Positions 10,535 through 20,111 of a stretch of DNA of 64,000 nt are shown one piece after another. A program made the position numbers and the translations under genes. Each line of letters begins with the position of its first letter. The first letter of the stretch is position 1. Source of the DNA: Acidimicrobiia bacterium (GTDB taxonomy: Bacteria; Actinomycetota; Acidimicrobiia; Spongiisociales; UBA5794); contig JALSQW010000018.1 in the NCBI GenBank assembly GCA_026985095.1, positions 23,989 to 87,988 of the forward strand, written 5' to 3'. Below the pieces are notes generated by a model. The model saw only the letters and a program-made list of their open reading frames with translations, searched no databases and was not told where the DNA came from.

Positions 10535-11310
10535 GGTGCTCCCTCGTCGTCGGAATGGTCGATGCCGAACGTGGTCCCTGGCGCCGCATAGGTGGCGGAG
10601 CGGCCGAACGCGGCCTCGGCCTCGCCGAGGGACACCGCCGGGTCAAGGATCGCCCCCACGTGGGTGACGACGAGCTCGGCGACCTCCGCCGCGGCCGCGA
10701 TGGCACCCGCCTCCGACGCAGTGAGATGGTACGGGTAGGTGCCGGGGGTGCGTTCCCCTTGCAGGCTCGCTTCGCACACGAGGAGATCGGCGTCGGCGGC
10801 CAACGATGGGAGGTCGCCGCCGGGCCCCGTGTCCCCGCTGTAGACGATGGCCCCGTCGGGGGTTTCGAATCGGGTGACGAGCGCGGGCACCGGATGCACG
10901 GCATCGCCGAAGGTCAGCTCCACGTCTCCGACGACGATGCGGTCACCGGCGGTGACGGTGCGCAGATCGAGGACATGGTGGAAGACGTGCTCGGCGGTGG
11001 CGCCGGCGAACGCGGCGAGATGCTCACCGGCACCGGGAGGAACGTACACGGGCATCGGCACGATCCCCGACGGGCCGTAGGCAAGGTAGCCGTACAACCC
11101 GAACAGGTCGGTGCAATGGTCGGCGTGGACGTGGCTGATCACCACCGCATCGAGCAACCCGGGGTCGACGCGCCGGGCCAGCTCCATGAACGTACCGGTC
11201 CCGGCATCGACCCACACCGACGTCGAGGCGGCCTCCAGCAGGTAGCCCGATGCCGGGTTGGTCCGCGTCGGCGTCCCGCCGCTCGAGCCGAGGACCGTCC
11301 AGGTCGTCAT
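10531..11310 (-). CDS. MBL-fold metallo-hydrolase (Rv1339-like; possible cyclic-nucleotide phosphodiesterase)
   Basis: HVHADH metallo-beta-lactamase motif. Start chosen at [12 protein letters not shown], whose ATGA overlaps the stop of the upstream small gene. Sits upstream of rph-rdgB as in mycobacteria. Confidence 0.8.
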   Translation of the reverse strand: MTTWTVLGSSGGTPTRTNPASGYLLEAASTSVWVDAGTGTFMELARRVDPGLLDAVVISHVHADHCTDLFGLYGYLAYGPSGIVPMPVYVPPGAGEHLAAFAGATAEHVFHHVLDLRTVTAGDRIVVGDVELTFGDAVHPVPALVTRFETPDGAIVYSGDTGPGGDLPSLAADADLLVCEASLQGERTPGTYPYHLTASEAGAIAAAAEVAELVVTHVGAILDPAVSLGEAEAAFGRSATYAAPGTTFGIDHSDDEGAP

Positions 11311-11576
11311 CGGGGTCCGCCGACGGCCGTCAACACGACGATCCACACCACCGCGAGGACGGTCCCGGCCAGGACCGGGAACCACGACCGCCGCGGCCAC
11401 CAGCGCACAGCGAGGGCGGCGGCGACGATCCACAGCGACACGAGCCCGACGACCCAGACGGCGGGGATGACGAGCAACGAGGCGAGGCTCAGGAGGAGAA
11501 CCATCGCCAGGAAGCCTCCGCCGATCAGCCCGAACAGGAGCCGGTACGCCTCGGGATCGTGTTCGTCGTGCGCCAT
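11307..11576 (-). CDS. small integral membrane protein (89 aa, 2-3 predicted TM helices)
   Basis: Highly hydrophobic (LLFGLIGGGFLAMVLLLSLASLLVIPAVWVVGLVSLWIVAAALAV). Tightly packed between the JAMM gene and the MBL gene, with a stop/start ATGA overlap. Confidence 0.5.
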   Translation of the reverse strand: MAHDEHDPEAYRLLFGLIGGGFLAMVLLLSLASLLVIPAVWVVGLVSLWIVAAALAVRWWPRRSWFPVLAGTVLAVVWIVVLTAVGGPR

Positions 11577-11586
11577 CGGCGGGAGG

Positions 11587-12201
11587 TTACCGGTCGACGA
11601 CGACGTCGAGCTCGCTCACCACTCCCTCGACGATGCGGTAGGCGCGGATCTCCGGGCGGGTCAGGACCTGCCCGACGATGACGTAGTACCAGGACGGGTC
11701 GAGGGCGCCGGCGACGTCGGCGGCCGACGGGTAGGCGGCGGTGCGGGGATGGGAATGGAACACCCCGGCGATCGTCCAGCCGTTGCGTGACGCGTGCTTC
11801 CAGGCCCCGTAGTGCTCCTGCGGGGCCACCGTGAAGCGACGTTCCGAAGCATCGATGTTGGTCAGCGGGTAGGCCATGACCACCCTCCCGCGGCCATCGG
11901 ATGCGAACAGGCCGCAGGCCTCCGTCGGGGCCACGAACCGGGCCTGTTGCACCATGGCCGCCGCGACCTCGTGCGGCAGACGCAAGGTCTCGATGCCCAA
12001 CGCCTCACAGGCCCGGGCGAGATCCTCGGGTCGTACGGAGAGGCGCACCCCGAAGCTCGAGAAGAAGCCGGGGTTGAGGCCGCCTTCGTCTTCGGCGACG
12101 ACGACCGAGTCGATCCCCTCCGCGCGCAGCACCGCGGCAGCGACCTCGGCATCGCCCCGCCGGGGATAGACCCGTACCGACGCCGGTGACGACTTCGCCA
12201 T
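11587..12201 (-). CDS. JAMM/MPN (Mov34) metalloprotease-family protein with about 75-aa N-terminal extra domain
   Basis: JAMM motif HSHPRTAAYPSAAD (HxHx7Sx2D) with an upstream conserved Glu region. The N-terminal roughly 75 aa (VRVYPRRGDAEVAAAVLRAEGIDSVV...) resemble a small DUF2007-like alpha/beta domain. A 4-nt gap separates it from the arcA stop. Confidence 0.8.
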   Translation of the reverse strand: MAKSSPASVRVYPRRGDAEVAAAVLRAEGIDSVVVAEDEGGLNPGFFSSFGVRLSVRPEDLARACEALGIETLRLPHEVAAAMVQQARFVAPTEACGLFASDGRGRVVMAYPLTNIDASERRFTVAPQEHYGAWKHASRNGWTIAGVFHSHPRTAAYPSAADVAGALDPSWYYVIVGQVLTRPEIRAYRIVEGVVSELDVVVDR

Positions 12202-12205
12202 GGCG

Positions 12206-13426
12206 TCAGGCGCGGAGGATGGGCTGGGTCATGCACCGGCTCCCGCCGCGACCGCGCCCGAGTTCGGAGGCGTCGAGTTCGAGCACCTTGACACCGTGAT
12301 CACGCAACCGACGGTTGGTCTCTTGGTTCCGCACATAGGCGATCACCAGTCCCGGAGAGACGGCCAGGGTGTTGTTGCCGTCGTCCCACTGCTCGCGCAT
12401 GCGGCCGATGGCGTCGCCGCCGGTGGGGATGAACACGAGGTCGTCTCGTTCGAGGGCGTCGGCCAGGACGGTCGGGAGGTCCACGCCCCGTTCCACCTGC
12501 AACGCCCGACCGTCGCCGGGGCGGATCACATGAACGACCACGTCGTGCATCAGTCCCGGGTACACGTTGAACTTGCCGTGGTCGACCATCGTGAAGACGG
12601 TGTCGAGATGCATCACGGCCCGGCTCCGCAACAGATGGACGACGATGATCCGATCGACCCGCCCTGCCGCGAACAGGTTGCGGGCGAGCATCTCGACAGC
12701 AGAGGGAGTCGTGCGCTCGCCGATGCCGACCATCACCGTGCGCTCGTCGAGGACGAGGATGTCGCCGCCTTCGATACTGGCGGGATAGCGCTCGTCGTCG
12801 CCGGTCCCGTACCACGCGGGGAACCCGACATCAGCGAAGCGGGGATGATGGTCGTAGATGGTGCGCACGAGGATCGACTCGGCCGCTCGGGCGGGGGTGG
12901 CCAGCACGCTGCGGACGAGCCCGTCGTCGATCCACGCCGCGTTGTCGCGCATGAACAGGAGGTTGGGCAGCGGGCGCAGGACGTAGTGGAACCGGTCGGC
13001 CACGAGATCGGCGAACAGCGGGTCGATGCCCCAGTCGCTCAGTTCGGACTCGAGCAGACCTCCCAGGAGCACCTCGACGACGGCTTCGGTCGGCGCCTCC
13101 GCGAGGGCCGCTCGCATGTGCTCGGCGATCCGGGGACCAACGGCGGCGGGCGTCACGATGGCGTCGACGACGTCCGACCGGATGTCGGGCACGTCGAGGC
13201 AGTCCCCCAACAGGTCCGTGAAGTAGAGCACTTCGACGCCGAGGTCGACGAGCATGCGGGTGAACCGGTCGTGCTCCTCCTGCGCGCGCTCCAACCAGAG
13301 CAGGTCGTCGAACAGGAGGGCTTCCTTGTTGTCGGGCGTGACCCGGGCGATCTCGATCCCGGGACGGTGGACCAACACCGTACGCAGCTCGGTCACCTCG
13401 GACGAGACGAACGGAGACGGGATCAT
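12206..13426 (-). CDS. arcA: arginine deiminase
   Basis: N-terminal SEVTELRTVLVHRPGIE...LLFDD and C-terminal catalytic GRGGSRCMTQPI, as in ADI. Start chosen at MIPSPF (an alternative MCIVATM lies 18 nt upstream). Confidence 0.85.
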   Translation of the reverse strand: MIPSPFVSSEVTELRTVLVHRPGIEIARVTPDNKEALLFDDLLWLERAQEEHDRFTRMLVDLGVEVLYFTDLLGDCLDVPDIRSDVVDAIVTPAAVGPRIAEHMRAALAEAPTEAVVEVLLGGLLESELSDWGIDPLFADLVADRFHYVLRPLPNLLFMRDNAAWIDDGLVRSVLATPARAAESILVRTIYDHHPRFADVGFPAWYGTGDDERYPASIEGGDILVLDERTVMVGIGERTTPSAVEMLARNLFAAGRVDRIIVVHLLRSRAVMHLDTVFTMVDHGKFNVYPGLMHDVVVHVIRPGDGRALQVERGVDLPTVLADALERDDLVFIPTGGDAIGRMREQWDDGNNTLAVSPGLVIAYVRNQETNRRLRDHGVKVLELDASELGRGRGGSRCMTQPILRA

Positions 13427-13747
13427 GGTCGCGACGATACACATCGCGACACCCTGCGGACGCGAAAGGACCCGGAGACACTTCGGCGGGTATGCCGCCG
13501 CCGTGAGGGACCAGCTCACGGATCTCCGAGTCCCGGTGGTCCGAGTTGGAGTCGCCACCTACCTCCCGGGGGGAGGAAGCGGCCAACTGCAGACATGGCC
13601 GCTTAGCGCTCGGCCACCTCCGGAGTCCTCAAAGAACTTCGATACATCTTCGGACCACCTCCTTTCTCCGTGAGCCGATTGTGCCACAAGATCGCGCGTT
13701 CCGCGACGACTTGTAGGGTGGAGCCCCACGGATCGGGAGCACAGGAC

Positions 13748-14791
13748 GTGGCCAAGAGCATCGGGATCCTCACCGCGGGAGGCGACTCGCCGGGCCTGAA
13801 CGCGGCGATCAGAGCCATCGGCAAGTCGGCGATCCGGTCGTACGGCTGGAACGTGATCGGCTTCCGGGACGGCTTCCGGGGTCTGATGCAGGACCGGTTC
13901 GTGCGTCTCGACTCCGAAGAGCTCTCTGGCATCTTGACGATCGGCGGCACGATCCTGGGGACCAGCCGGGTGAAGCCGCACAAGATGGACGTCGGCGGCC
14001 AGATCATGGACATGACCGATGTCATGATCGAGAACTTCGAGCGCCACCATCTCGACGCGCTGGTCTGCATCGGGGGAGGTGGGACCCAGAAGAACGCCCT
14101 TCGCCTGGCCGACAAGGGGCTCCCGATCGTCACCCTGCCGAAGACGATCGACAACGACGTGTGGGGCACCGATCGCAGCTTCGGGTTCGACACGGCGCTG
14201 GCGATCGCCACCGAGGCGGTGGACCGCCTGCATTCGACCGCCCACAGTCATCATCGGATCATCGTGGTGGAGATCATGGGCCACAACGCCGGATGGCTGA
14301 CACTGGGCGCCGGCGTCGCCGGCGGGGCCGACGTGATCCTGATCCCGGAGATCCCCTACGAGGTCGATCGGATCGCCGAGTCGATCCTGGCGAGGCGAAC
14401 GGCGGGCAGCACCTTCTCGATCGTCGCCGTGGCCGAAGGGGCGATGCCGCGACGCGACGCCGACACCGACGACCAGACCTCAGGTGGCGACACCGTCGAG
14501 CTGTCCAAGGCGTTGGAGGAGCGGACCCGGCTCGAGTCGAGGGTCACGATCCTCGGCCACGTCCAGCGAGGCGGGACCCCGTCGCCGTTCGATCGCCTGC
14601 TCGCCACGATGTTGGGAACCGCGGCGACGGACTGCATCGCCAAGGATCGGTCGGGGGTGATGGTGGCCGTCCGCGATGGTCGTCCGACGACGGTCCCGCT
14701 GGCCGACGTCGCCGGGAGGCGCAACACCGTCCCTGTCGACCATCCGTGGGTGGTGACCGCTCGCCAGCTCGGCGTGACGTTCGGGGACTGA
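13748..14791 (+). CDS. pfkA: 6-phosphofructokinase (ATP- or PPi-dependent)
   Basis: [23 protein letters not shown] and MGHNAGW motifs. GTG start at VAKSIGILT. Confidence 0.9.
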   Translation: MAKSIGILTAGGDSPGLNAAIRAIGKSAIRSYGWNVIGFRDGFRGLMQDRFVRLDSEELSGILTIGGTILGTSRVKPHKMDVGGQIMDMTDVMIENFERHHLDALVCIGGGGTQKNALRLADKGLPIVTLPKTIDNDVWGTDRSFGFDTALAIATEAVDRLHSTAHSHHRIIVVEIMGHNAGWLTLGAGVAGGADVILIPEIPYEVDRIAESILARRTAGSTFSIVAVAEGAMPRRDADTDDQTSGGDTVELSKALEERTRLESRVTILGHVQRGGTPSPFDRLLATMLGTAATDCIAKDRSGVMVAVRDGRPTTVPLADVAGRRNTVPVDHPWVVTARQLGVTFGD

Positions 14792-14792
14792 C

Positions 14793-15572
14793 GTGTCGGA
14801 CATCTTCGGGTTCGAGCCGGTGAACGACGGGTGGGAGGGTGAGCTTCCCGAAGGTTGGGGGGTCGTCGGAGGCGCGATCAACGGCGGGTATCTCCTGGCC
14901 GTCGTGACCGCGCTGGCGCAGACGTCCGTTCGGCAGCCCGATCCGGTCACGGTCACCGGCCACTTCACCGGACCGGGGCGGGCCGGTCCCGCTCGGGTCG
15001 TCACGACCGTTCACAAGTCGGGTGGCGGCCACTCGACGGTCGGTGCGACCCTCGTTCAGGAGGGCAGGACCGTCGTGGCGGCATTGGCGACGTTCGGGGA
15101 CCTGTCGGTCGTCCCGGCCGACGATCCCACGCCGGCCCCTTCCGGTTCACCCCACGACGCGGTGGCGGTGACCAAGGCCCGGGCGCCGGGGACGCCCGAC
15201 ATCGTCGAGCGCCTCCAGCTCCGCATCGACGCCGACCTGGCGGAGTTCTTCACCGGAGCCCCGGCCGGTCGGGCCGAGATGGCCGGCTGGATCCACCCGA
15301 GCCCGGAGACGCCGCCTGGCGTGTTCGGGCTGCTGGTGATGGCCGACGTGTTCCCTCCGCCGATCTTCAACCTGGGTCATCTCGGGTGGACGCCGACGGT
15401 CGAACTGACCGTGCACTGTCGCCGTCGTCCCCCCCGAGGATGGGTGCGAGGTGAGTTCCGGACCCGTTTCATGACCGGCCCCTACCTGGAGGAGGACGGC
15501 GAGCTCCGCGACGCCGACGGGCGCCTCCTGGCCGTGTCCCGCCAGCTGGCGCTCATGCCGAGACGCTCCTGA
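14793..15572 (+). CDS. thioesterase-superfamily protein (acyl-CoA thioesterase II-like, double hot-dog)
   Basis: 259 aa. Two hot-dog-like halves (INGGYLLAVV... / GHLGWTPTVELTVH). Starts 1 nt after the pfkA stop. Confidence 0.6.
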   Translation: MSDIFGFEPVNDGWEGELPEGWGVVGGAINGGYLLAVVTALAQTSVRQPDPVTVTGHFTGPGRAGPARVVTTVHKSGGGHSTVGATLVQEGRTVVAALATFGDLSVVPADDPTPAPSGSPHDAVAVTKARAPGTPDIVERLQLRIDADLAEFFTGAPAGRAEMAGWIHPSPETPPGVFGLLVMADVFPPPIFNLGHLGWTPTVELTVHCRRRPPRGWVRGEFRTRFMTGPYLEEDGELRDADGRLLAVSRQLALMPRRS

Positions 15573-15649
15573 CCGGCGGCTCAGGCGCGGCGGCGAGCCG
15601 GAGCGGAGGCCGCACGGTCTATCATCGCGCCGTCGTCTCAGGAGGTACG

Positions 15650-15973
15650 TTGCCGGTCATCGATCTCGGAGTTGGGTTGGCGCTGGCGGTCGGAGCCGGC
15701 GCGGTGGCGGTGGCGGGGTGGCTCGCGTTCGAGCCGCTGCGGAACGCCGACATGGAACCGGGATCGGCGCTGGTGGCCGCAACGATCGGACTGACGGTGG
15801 CCATCGCAGGCGGCGTCGGTATCTCATGGGCGACCACGAACTCCGAGCTGAGCGCCGAGTCGACACTGTTCTGGGCGGGGTTGGCCGGGATCGTCGCCAT
15901 CGTCGGGGTGGAGCTCGCCGCGATCGCCGCCGCCAAGATCGATCTGGAAGCCGCTCGGCGCGACGCCCCCTGA
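15650..15973 (+). CDS. small membrane protein (107 aa), hypothetical
   Basis: TTG start preceded by a GGAGG RBS 5 nt upstream. Three hydrophobic Ala/Gly/Val-rich helices. Confidence 0.45.
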   Translation: MPVIDLGVGLALAVGAGAVAVAGWLAFEPLRNADMEPGSALVAATIGLTVAIAGGVGISWATTNSELSAESTLFWAGLAGIVAIVGVELAAIAAAKIDLEAARRDAP

Positions 15974-16117
15974 GAACTCCGACGCCTCAGACCACCCGCC
16001 TCATCAGCCGGTGGCACCGCGCTCGGGTCGGGACGACGGCAAAGACCGAAGGTCCCGACCGAACAGGTCGGTCGGTTCGACGGGTCCCGGCCGTCGGCGG
16101 TCCACGGCCATCTGCGG

Positions 16118-16469
16118 TGGAGGTGGGGGGAATCGAACCCCCGTCCCATGAGGTTTCAGCGCCGGCATCTCCGAGCGCAGCCGACAGCGAGCGTTCGGAA
16201 CCCGAGGACCCTGTCGGCCAGTTCCCTCGAGCCCTATCCGGGATGGTCTTTCCCCGCCGGTCCCGGAACCCCGGCGGGGGCATCCTGCATTGCGATGCCC
16301 GATCCCGGCGAGGCAGGCACCCTCCGGGCGGACACGCTGCTTACTTAGGCAGCGAGTGCGAAGTTGTCTTCGGCACTTGTTGGTTGTTCCCGGCTCTTTA
16401 ACGAGGACTCCGGGGACCTCGGCTCGCTTCCGGCGCCTCGACCCTCACGGTCGAAACCAGGTCACCCCC
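16118..16469 (-). ncRNA. ssrA: tmRNA (ssrA), tag peptide approx (A)EDNFALAA
   Basis: 5' end GGGGGTGACCTGGTTTCGAC... pairs with 3' ...GGGGGTTCGATTCCCCCCACCTCCA, giving a tRNA-Ala-like acceptor with a G3:U70 wobble. Internal reading frame ...GCC GAA GAC AAC TTC GCA CTC GCT GCC TAA GTAA. Confidence 0.85.
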
Positions 16470-16601
16470 ATGCGGCCGGCGAACCCGTGGTTCGCGAGCC
16501 GGACGGAACGCCTGAGGCGTCGCACCAAGGGTAACGCCTCGGGGGCGCTGCGCGTTCCCATCGGCTGGGCGTACCGACTTGGGGCCGATAGCCTCCAGGC
16601 G

Positions 16602-17420
16602 ATGGACGACACGACCGCCTCCTCCCCTCGGCCTGCCGACGACGTGGGAGGCCGAGCCGAAGCGTCGACCGCTCCCTCCCATCCGGTCGGGCGAGGCACC
16701 CCCGCCGCCAGCCCGTCTCGACGCTCGAGCCCGATGGTGATCACCTCGGTGGTGGGCATCGTCGTCCTCGTCGCCATGCAGCTCGTCGTGCTGGTCGGTC
16801 TCAACGGCATCGACCGACGGGTCGACGACCTGTCGGGGGACGTCGCCGCCCTCGAGGCGTCGGTGTCGGAGCAGATCGCCGGGATCGAGGCCCGGGCGTC
16901 GGCCGCTCCCGATACGGCACGGCCCCCGACGGCGGCGCTGCCCGCCGGGTACCTGCCGCTGTACGACCCACAGAGCCCCGACGGTGCCCTGGGGATGCAG
17001 CTCGGACCGCTGTCGGGCCGGGAGTACTACTCGGGGACCGAGCTGACCGTCGACCCGGCCGACGGGACGCGCCGGATATGGCTGGTCTGGGCCCATTGGT
17101 GCCCGTACTGCCAGCAGGAACTGCCCGAGGTGTCCGCCTGGTACCCGACCCAGGATCTCGACGGCCTCGAGGTGGTGTCGGTCACCACGTCGATCGATCC
17201 GGACCGGGGCAACCCGCTCGAGCCGTACCTCGACGGACTGGCGCTGCCGTTCCCGGTGTTGGTCGACTCCGACCTGACGATGGCCCGTCGACTGGGCGTC
17301 TCGGCGTTCCCCTTCTGGGTCGTCACCGACGGGGACGGGACGGTGCTGCTTCGCACCGCCGGCCTCCTTCCCATCGAACAGGTCCAGGCGATCGCCGACC
17401 GGCTCGCCCAGATGCCCTGA
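16602..17420 (+). CDS. membrane-anchored TlpA/ResA-like thiol-disulfide oxidoreductase (redoxin family)
   Basis: TM helix (MVITSVVGIVVLVAMQLVVLVGL) followed by a thioredoxin fold with WAHWCPYCQ (CxxC). The ORF-track N-terminal extension overlaps ssrA and is spurious. Start at MDDTTASS is approximate. Confidence 0.7.
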   Translation: MDDTTASSPRPADDVGGRAEASTAPSHPVGRGTPAASPSRRSSPMVITSVVGIVVLVAMQLVVLVGLNGIDRRVDDLSGDVAALEASVSEQIAGIEARASAAPDTARPPTAALPAGYLPLYDPQSPDGALGMQLGPLSGREYYSGTELTVDPADGTRRIWLVWAHWCPYCQQELPEVSAWYPTQDLDGLEVVSVTTSIDPDRGNPLEPYLDGLALPFPVLVDSDLTMARRLGVSAFPFWVVTDGDGTVLLRTAGLLPIEQVQAIADRLAQMP

Positions 17421-17560
17421 CCTGCCAACCCAGGGTTCAGGAACCCCCTCCAGGGGTGTCGCCAACCCAGGGTTCAGGAACCCCCTCCAGGGGTGCCGCC
17501 AACCCAGGGTTCAGGAACCCCCTCCAGGGGTGTCGCCAACCCAGGGTTCGGGAAGTCCGG
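17421..17560. repeat. tandem array of about 4 copies of the 37-bp unit (AACCCAGGGTTCaggaaCCCCCTCCAGGGGtgtcgcc), locus B
   Basis: AACCCAGGGTT starts at 17427, 17464, 17501 and 17538, an exact period of 37. The array fills the gap between the convergent TlpA-like gene (stop 17420) and smpB (stop 17567). Confidence 0.85.
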
Positions 17561-17566
17561 TGTCGG

Positions 17567-18028
17567 TCAGCGGCGCCGGCGGGCACGATCCATCTCGCGG
17601 CGTTGTTGCCGCTCTACGATCGACCGGCGCTTGTCCCTCGTCCGCTTCCCCTTGGCCAAGCCCAACTCCACCTTCGCCAGGCCGTGGGTGAAGTAGATCG
17701 ACAGCGGGATCAGCGTCAACCCCTGTTCCTTCATCTTCCCGAAGAGCCGGTCGATCTCGCGTCGCCTCATCAGCAGTTTGCGGGGCCGCTCGGGGTCGTG
17801 GCCACCGTCACGGGCGAAGCCGTACGGAGCGATGTGCACGTTCTCCAACCACACCTCGCCACCGCGGATCGCGGCGTACCCGTCCTTGATCTGCACCTGT
17901 CCGGCCCGGAGCGACTTGACCTCCGAGCCGGTGAGCTGGATGCCGGCTTCGAACCGATCGAGGATCTCGTAGTCGTGCCGGGCCCGTCGGTTGGTCGCCA
18001 CGATCTTGCGTCCGGCCATGGTCGGCAA
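17567..18028 (-). CDS. smpB: SsrA-binding protein SmpB
   Basis: SmpB signature (IVATNRRARHDYEI...GSEVKSLR...YGFARDGGHDPERPRKLL). Confidence 0.95.
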   Translation of the reverse strand: MPTMAGRKIVATNRRARHDYEILDRFEAGIQLTGSEVKSLRAGQVQIKDGYAAIRGGEVWLENVHIAPYGFARDGGHDPERPRKLLMRRREIDRLFGKMKEQGLTLIPLSIYFTHGLAKVELGLAKGKRTRDKRRSIVERQQRREMDRARRRR

Positions 18029-18030
18029 GG

Positions 18031-19224
18031 CTACAGGTACGTCATCGGATCGACCGGCCTGCCGTCGATCCGGACCTCGAAGTGCAGATGCGGTCCCGTC
18101 GACAGACCGGTGCTGCCGACGTAGCCGATGACCTGACCCCCCTCGACCCGCTGACCGACCTTCACCGCCAGCTTCGACTGGTGTGCATACAGGGTGACCA
18201 TGCCGCCGCCGTGGTCGATCATGACGGCGTTGCCGTAGCCGCCCTTGACGCCGGAGAAGATGACCCGCCCGGAGGCGAAGGCGACGATCGGCTGACCCTT
18301 CGCACCGTCCATGTCGACGCCGTTGTGCATCTTGACCGTGCCGTAGATCGGGTGCACACGGGGCCCGAAGAACGAATCCACCCGACCCGGCACGGGCCGG
18401 AAGTACCTGCCCGTGGCGCGTTCGGTCCCTCGGCGCGATCGGGCCAGGATGAGCCGCTCGATCGAGGCCTGCTCCCGTTCGAGCCCGGCGATCTCCTTCT
18501 CCCAGCGGGCGATCTCGCCCTCGACCTCGGCCAGCAGCTCCTGCTGGGACGACCGCTCGGCCTCCAGCTCCTCCCGGCGCTGGGCCAGCTCGGTGGCCAG
18601 GGACCGCAGCTCGGCCTCATCGCCGGCGATCGCGGCGAGCTCCACCGCGGCCTCCTGCTCGGCGGAGACGACGATCGCCTGCAGACGGGCCTCCTCCAAC
18701 ACCGTCGCCACCCAGCGGTCGGCGGCCTCCTCCCGGTCGCGGGTCAGCCGGTCGAGGTACGCGACGCCGACGAGCACATCGTTGACCGCGGTCGCGGAGA
18801 AGGCGACGGTCCCGGCCCCGGCCCCAGCCGACATGTAGGCATCCCTGGCCCAGGCCTTGGCGTCGGCGGCCGCCGACGCCGCCTTCGCGCGTGCCTCGGC
18901 GAGACTGCGGTACTGGGCTCGAAGCGACCGCCGGATGGAATCCAGGTCACCCCGACGGTCGGCCAGGTCGGCGTCGAGACGGTCGATCTCGGTCTGGATC
19001 GCCGCGATGCGATCCGCCAGCTCGTCGGAACGACGCTTCGTGTCCTTGATCCGACGCGCCAGGGCGGACCGTTCGGCGGCGGCGTCACGGACCCGCCGCT
19101 CGAGCTTGTCGATCTTCGTCTTGACCTCACGCAGGTCCCGCGAGGTGTCGGCGCCCGCGACGACGGGGAACGTCCCCAGGAGGACAGCGACCAGCGCGAG
19201 GGTGGTGAGGACGCGTCGGATCAT
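18031..19224 (-). CDS. M23-family peptidase with N-terminal coiled-coil (EnvC/RipC-like FtsEX-associated murein hydrolase)
   Basis: Signal/TM peptide [17 protein letters not shown], a long Ala/Glu/Arg-rich coiled coil, and a C-terminal LytM domain (HNGVDMDG...GYGNAVMIDHGGG...GSTGLSTGPHLHFE). Its start overlaps the ftsX stop. Confidence 0.85.
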   Translation of the reverse strand: MIRRVLTTLALVAVLLGTFPVVAGADTSRDLREVKTKIDKLERRVRDAAAERSALARRIKDTKRRSDELADRIAAIQTEIDRLDADLADRRGDLDSIRRSLRAQYRSLAEARAKAASAAADAKAWARDAYMSAGAGAGTVAFSATAVNDVLVGVAYLDRLTRDREEAADRWVATVLEEARLQAIVVSAEQEAAVELAAIAGDEAELRSLATELAQRREELEAERSSQQELLAEVEGEIARWEKEIAGLEREQASIERLILARSRRGTERATGRYFRPVPGRVDSFFGPRVHPIYGTVKMHNGVDMDGAKGQPIVAFASGRVIFSGVKGGYGNAVMIDHGGGMVTLYAHQSKLAVKVGQRVEGGQVIGYVGSTGLSTGPHLHFEVRIDGRPVDPMTYL

Positions 19225-20111
19225 GCGCGGAGGTAGCGATGGACTGCAAGGCTCAGACTGCTGCCGGCGAGACCGGCCAGCATCCCGAACAGCAGGACCA
19301 GCGCACCCCGCTGAATGAGGAAACCATTGGCGACCGCCACGTTGATCCACTCCGGGAGATCGGAGAGACGGTCGACGGCGAGTTGTTGGGCGACGACGAT
19401 GAAGGCAACGGCCAGAGCGCCGCCGACGAGACCTTCGATGGCACCCTCGACCAGGAACGGCACCCGAACGAACCAGCTACTGGCGCCGACGAGCTTCATG
19501 ATCTCGATCTCTTCCCGGCGGGCGTAGATCGCCATGTGGATGGTGTTGGCGATGAGCGCCACCGCGGCAACGCCCAAGGCGAGCGCGAGGATCCAGAACA
19601 TGATGCGGAGACCATCCCGGAGGGCGATCATGGCGTCGATCGCCGGTCCGGCGGACGCGACCCGATGGATACCGGGGATGCCCTGGAGCTGGAAGACGAT
19701 GTTCTGGTAGTCCTCCGGTTCCTTGGGTTGGATCCTCACCGATGCCGGTACGAGATCCGGGTTGTTGGTGATGACCCGCAGCGCCGCGGGGTTCGAGGCG
19801 AGCAGCTCCTTGGCCTCGTCGAGCGCCTCGGCCTTGGAGACGAAGAACACGTCCTGGACCTCCGGCCAGCTCCGGATCTCGGCCTGGAGATCGTTGATGG
19901 CCGACGCCGACATGTCGTCGCGGAGGAAGGCGATGACCCGGACGTCCTCGGCCCATTGGGCGGTGTTGTTGCGGACCACCTCGCCGAACACCAGCGTCCC
20001 GAAGGTGAGCGAAAGCGAGATGAACACCGCCAGCACGGCGCCCAGCACCACCAGGGCGTTCCGGCCGATGTTGGTGAACGCCTCCCGGAAGACGTACGAC
20101 AGGCGGTTCAC
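19221..20111 (-). CDS. ftsX: cell-division ABC transporter permease FtsX
   Basis: FtsX topology and motifs. Its start overlaps the ftsE stop. Confidence 0.93.
   Translation of the reverse strand: MNRLSYVFREAFTNIGRNALVVLGAVLAVFISLSLTFGTLVFGEVVRNNTAQWAEDVRVIAFLRDDMSASAINDLQAEIRSWPEVQDVFFVSKAEALDEAKELLASNPAALRVITNNPDLVPASVRIQPKEPEDYQNIVFQLQGIPGIHRVASAGPAIDAMIALRDGLRIMFWILALALGVAAVALIANTIHMAIYARREEIEIMKLVGASSWFVRVPFLVEGAIEGLVGGALAVAFIVVAQQLAVDRLSDLPEWINVAVANGFLIQRGALVLLFGMLAGLAGSSLSLAVHRYLRA

Noticed and set aside
12300-12815. 171-aa minus ORF and other internal ORFs inside arcA
   Set aside because: These are off-frame artefacts. The arginine deiminase frame (12206..13426) carries the conserved motifs.
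15718-16401. 227-aa plus ORF and other ORFs across 15987..16348
   Set aside because: They overlap the tmRNA gene. The translations are Arg/Gly-rich nonsense.
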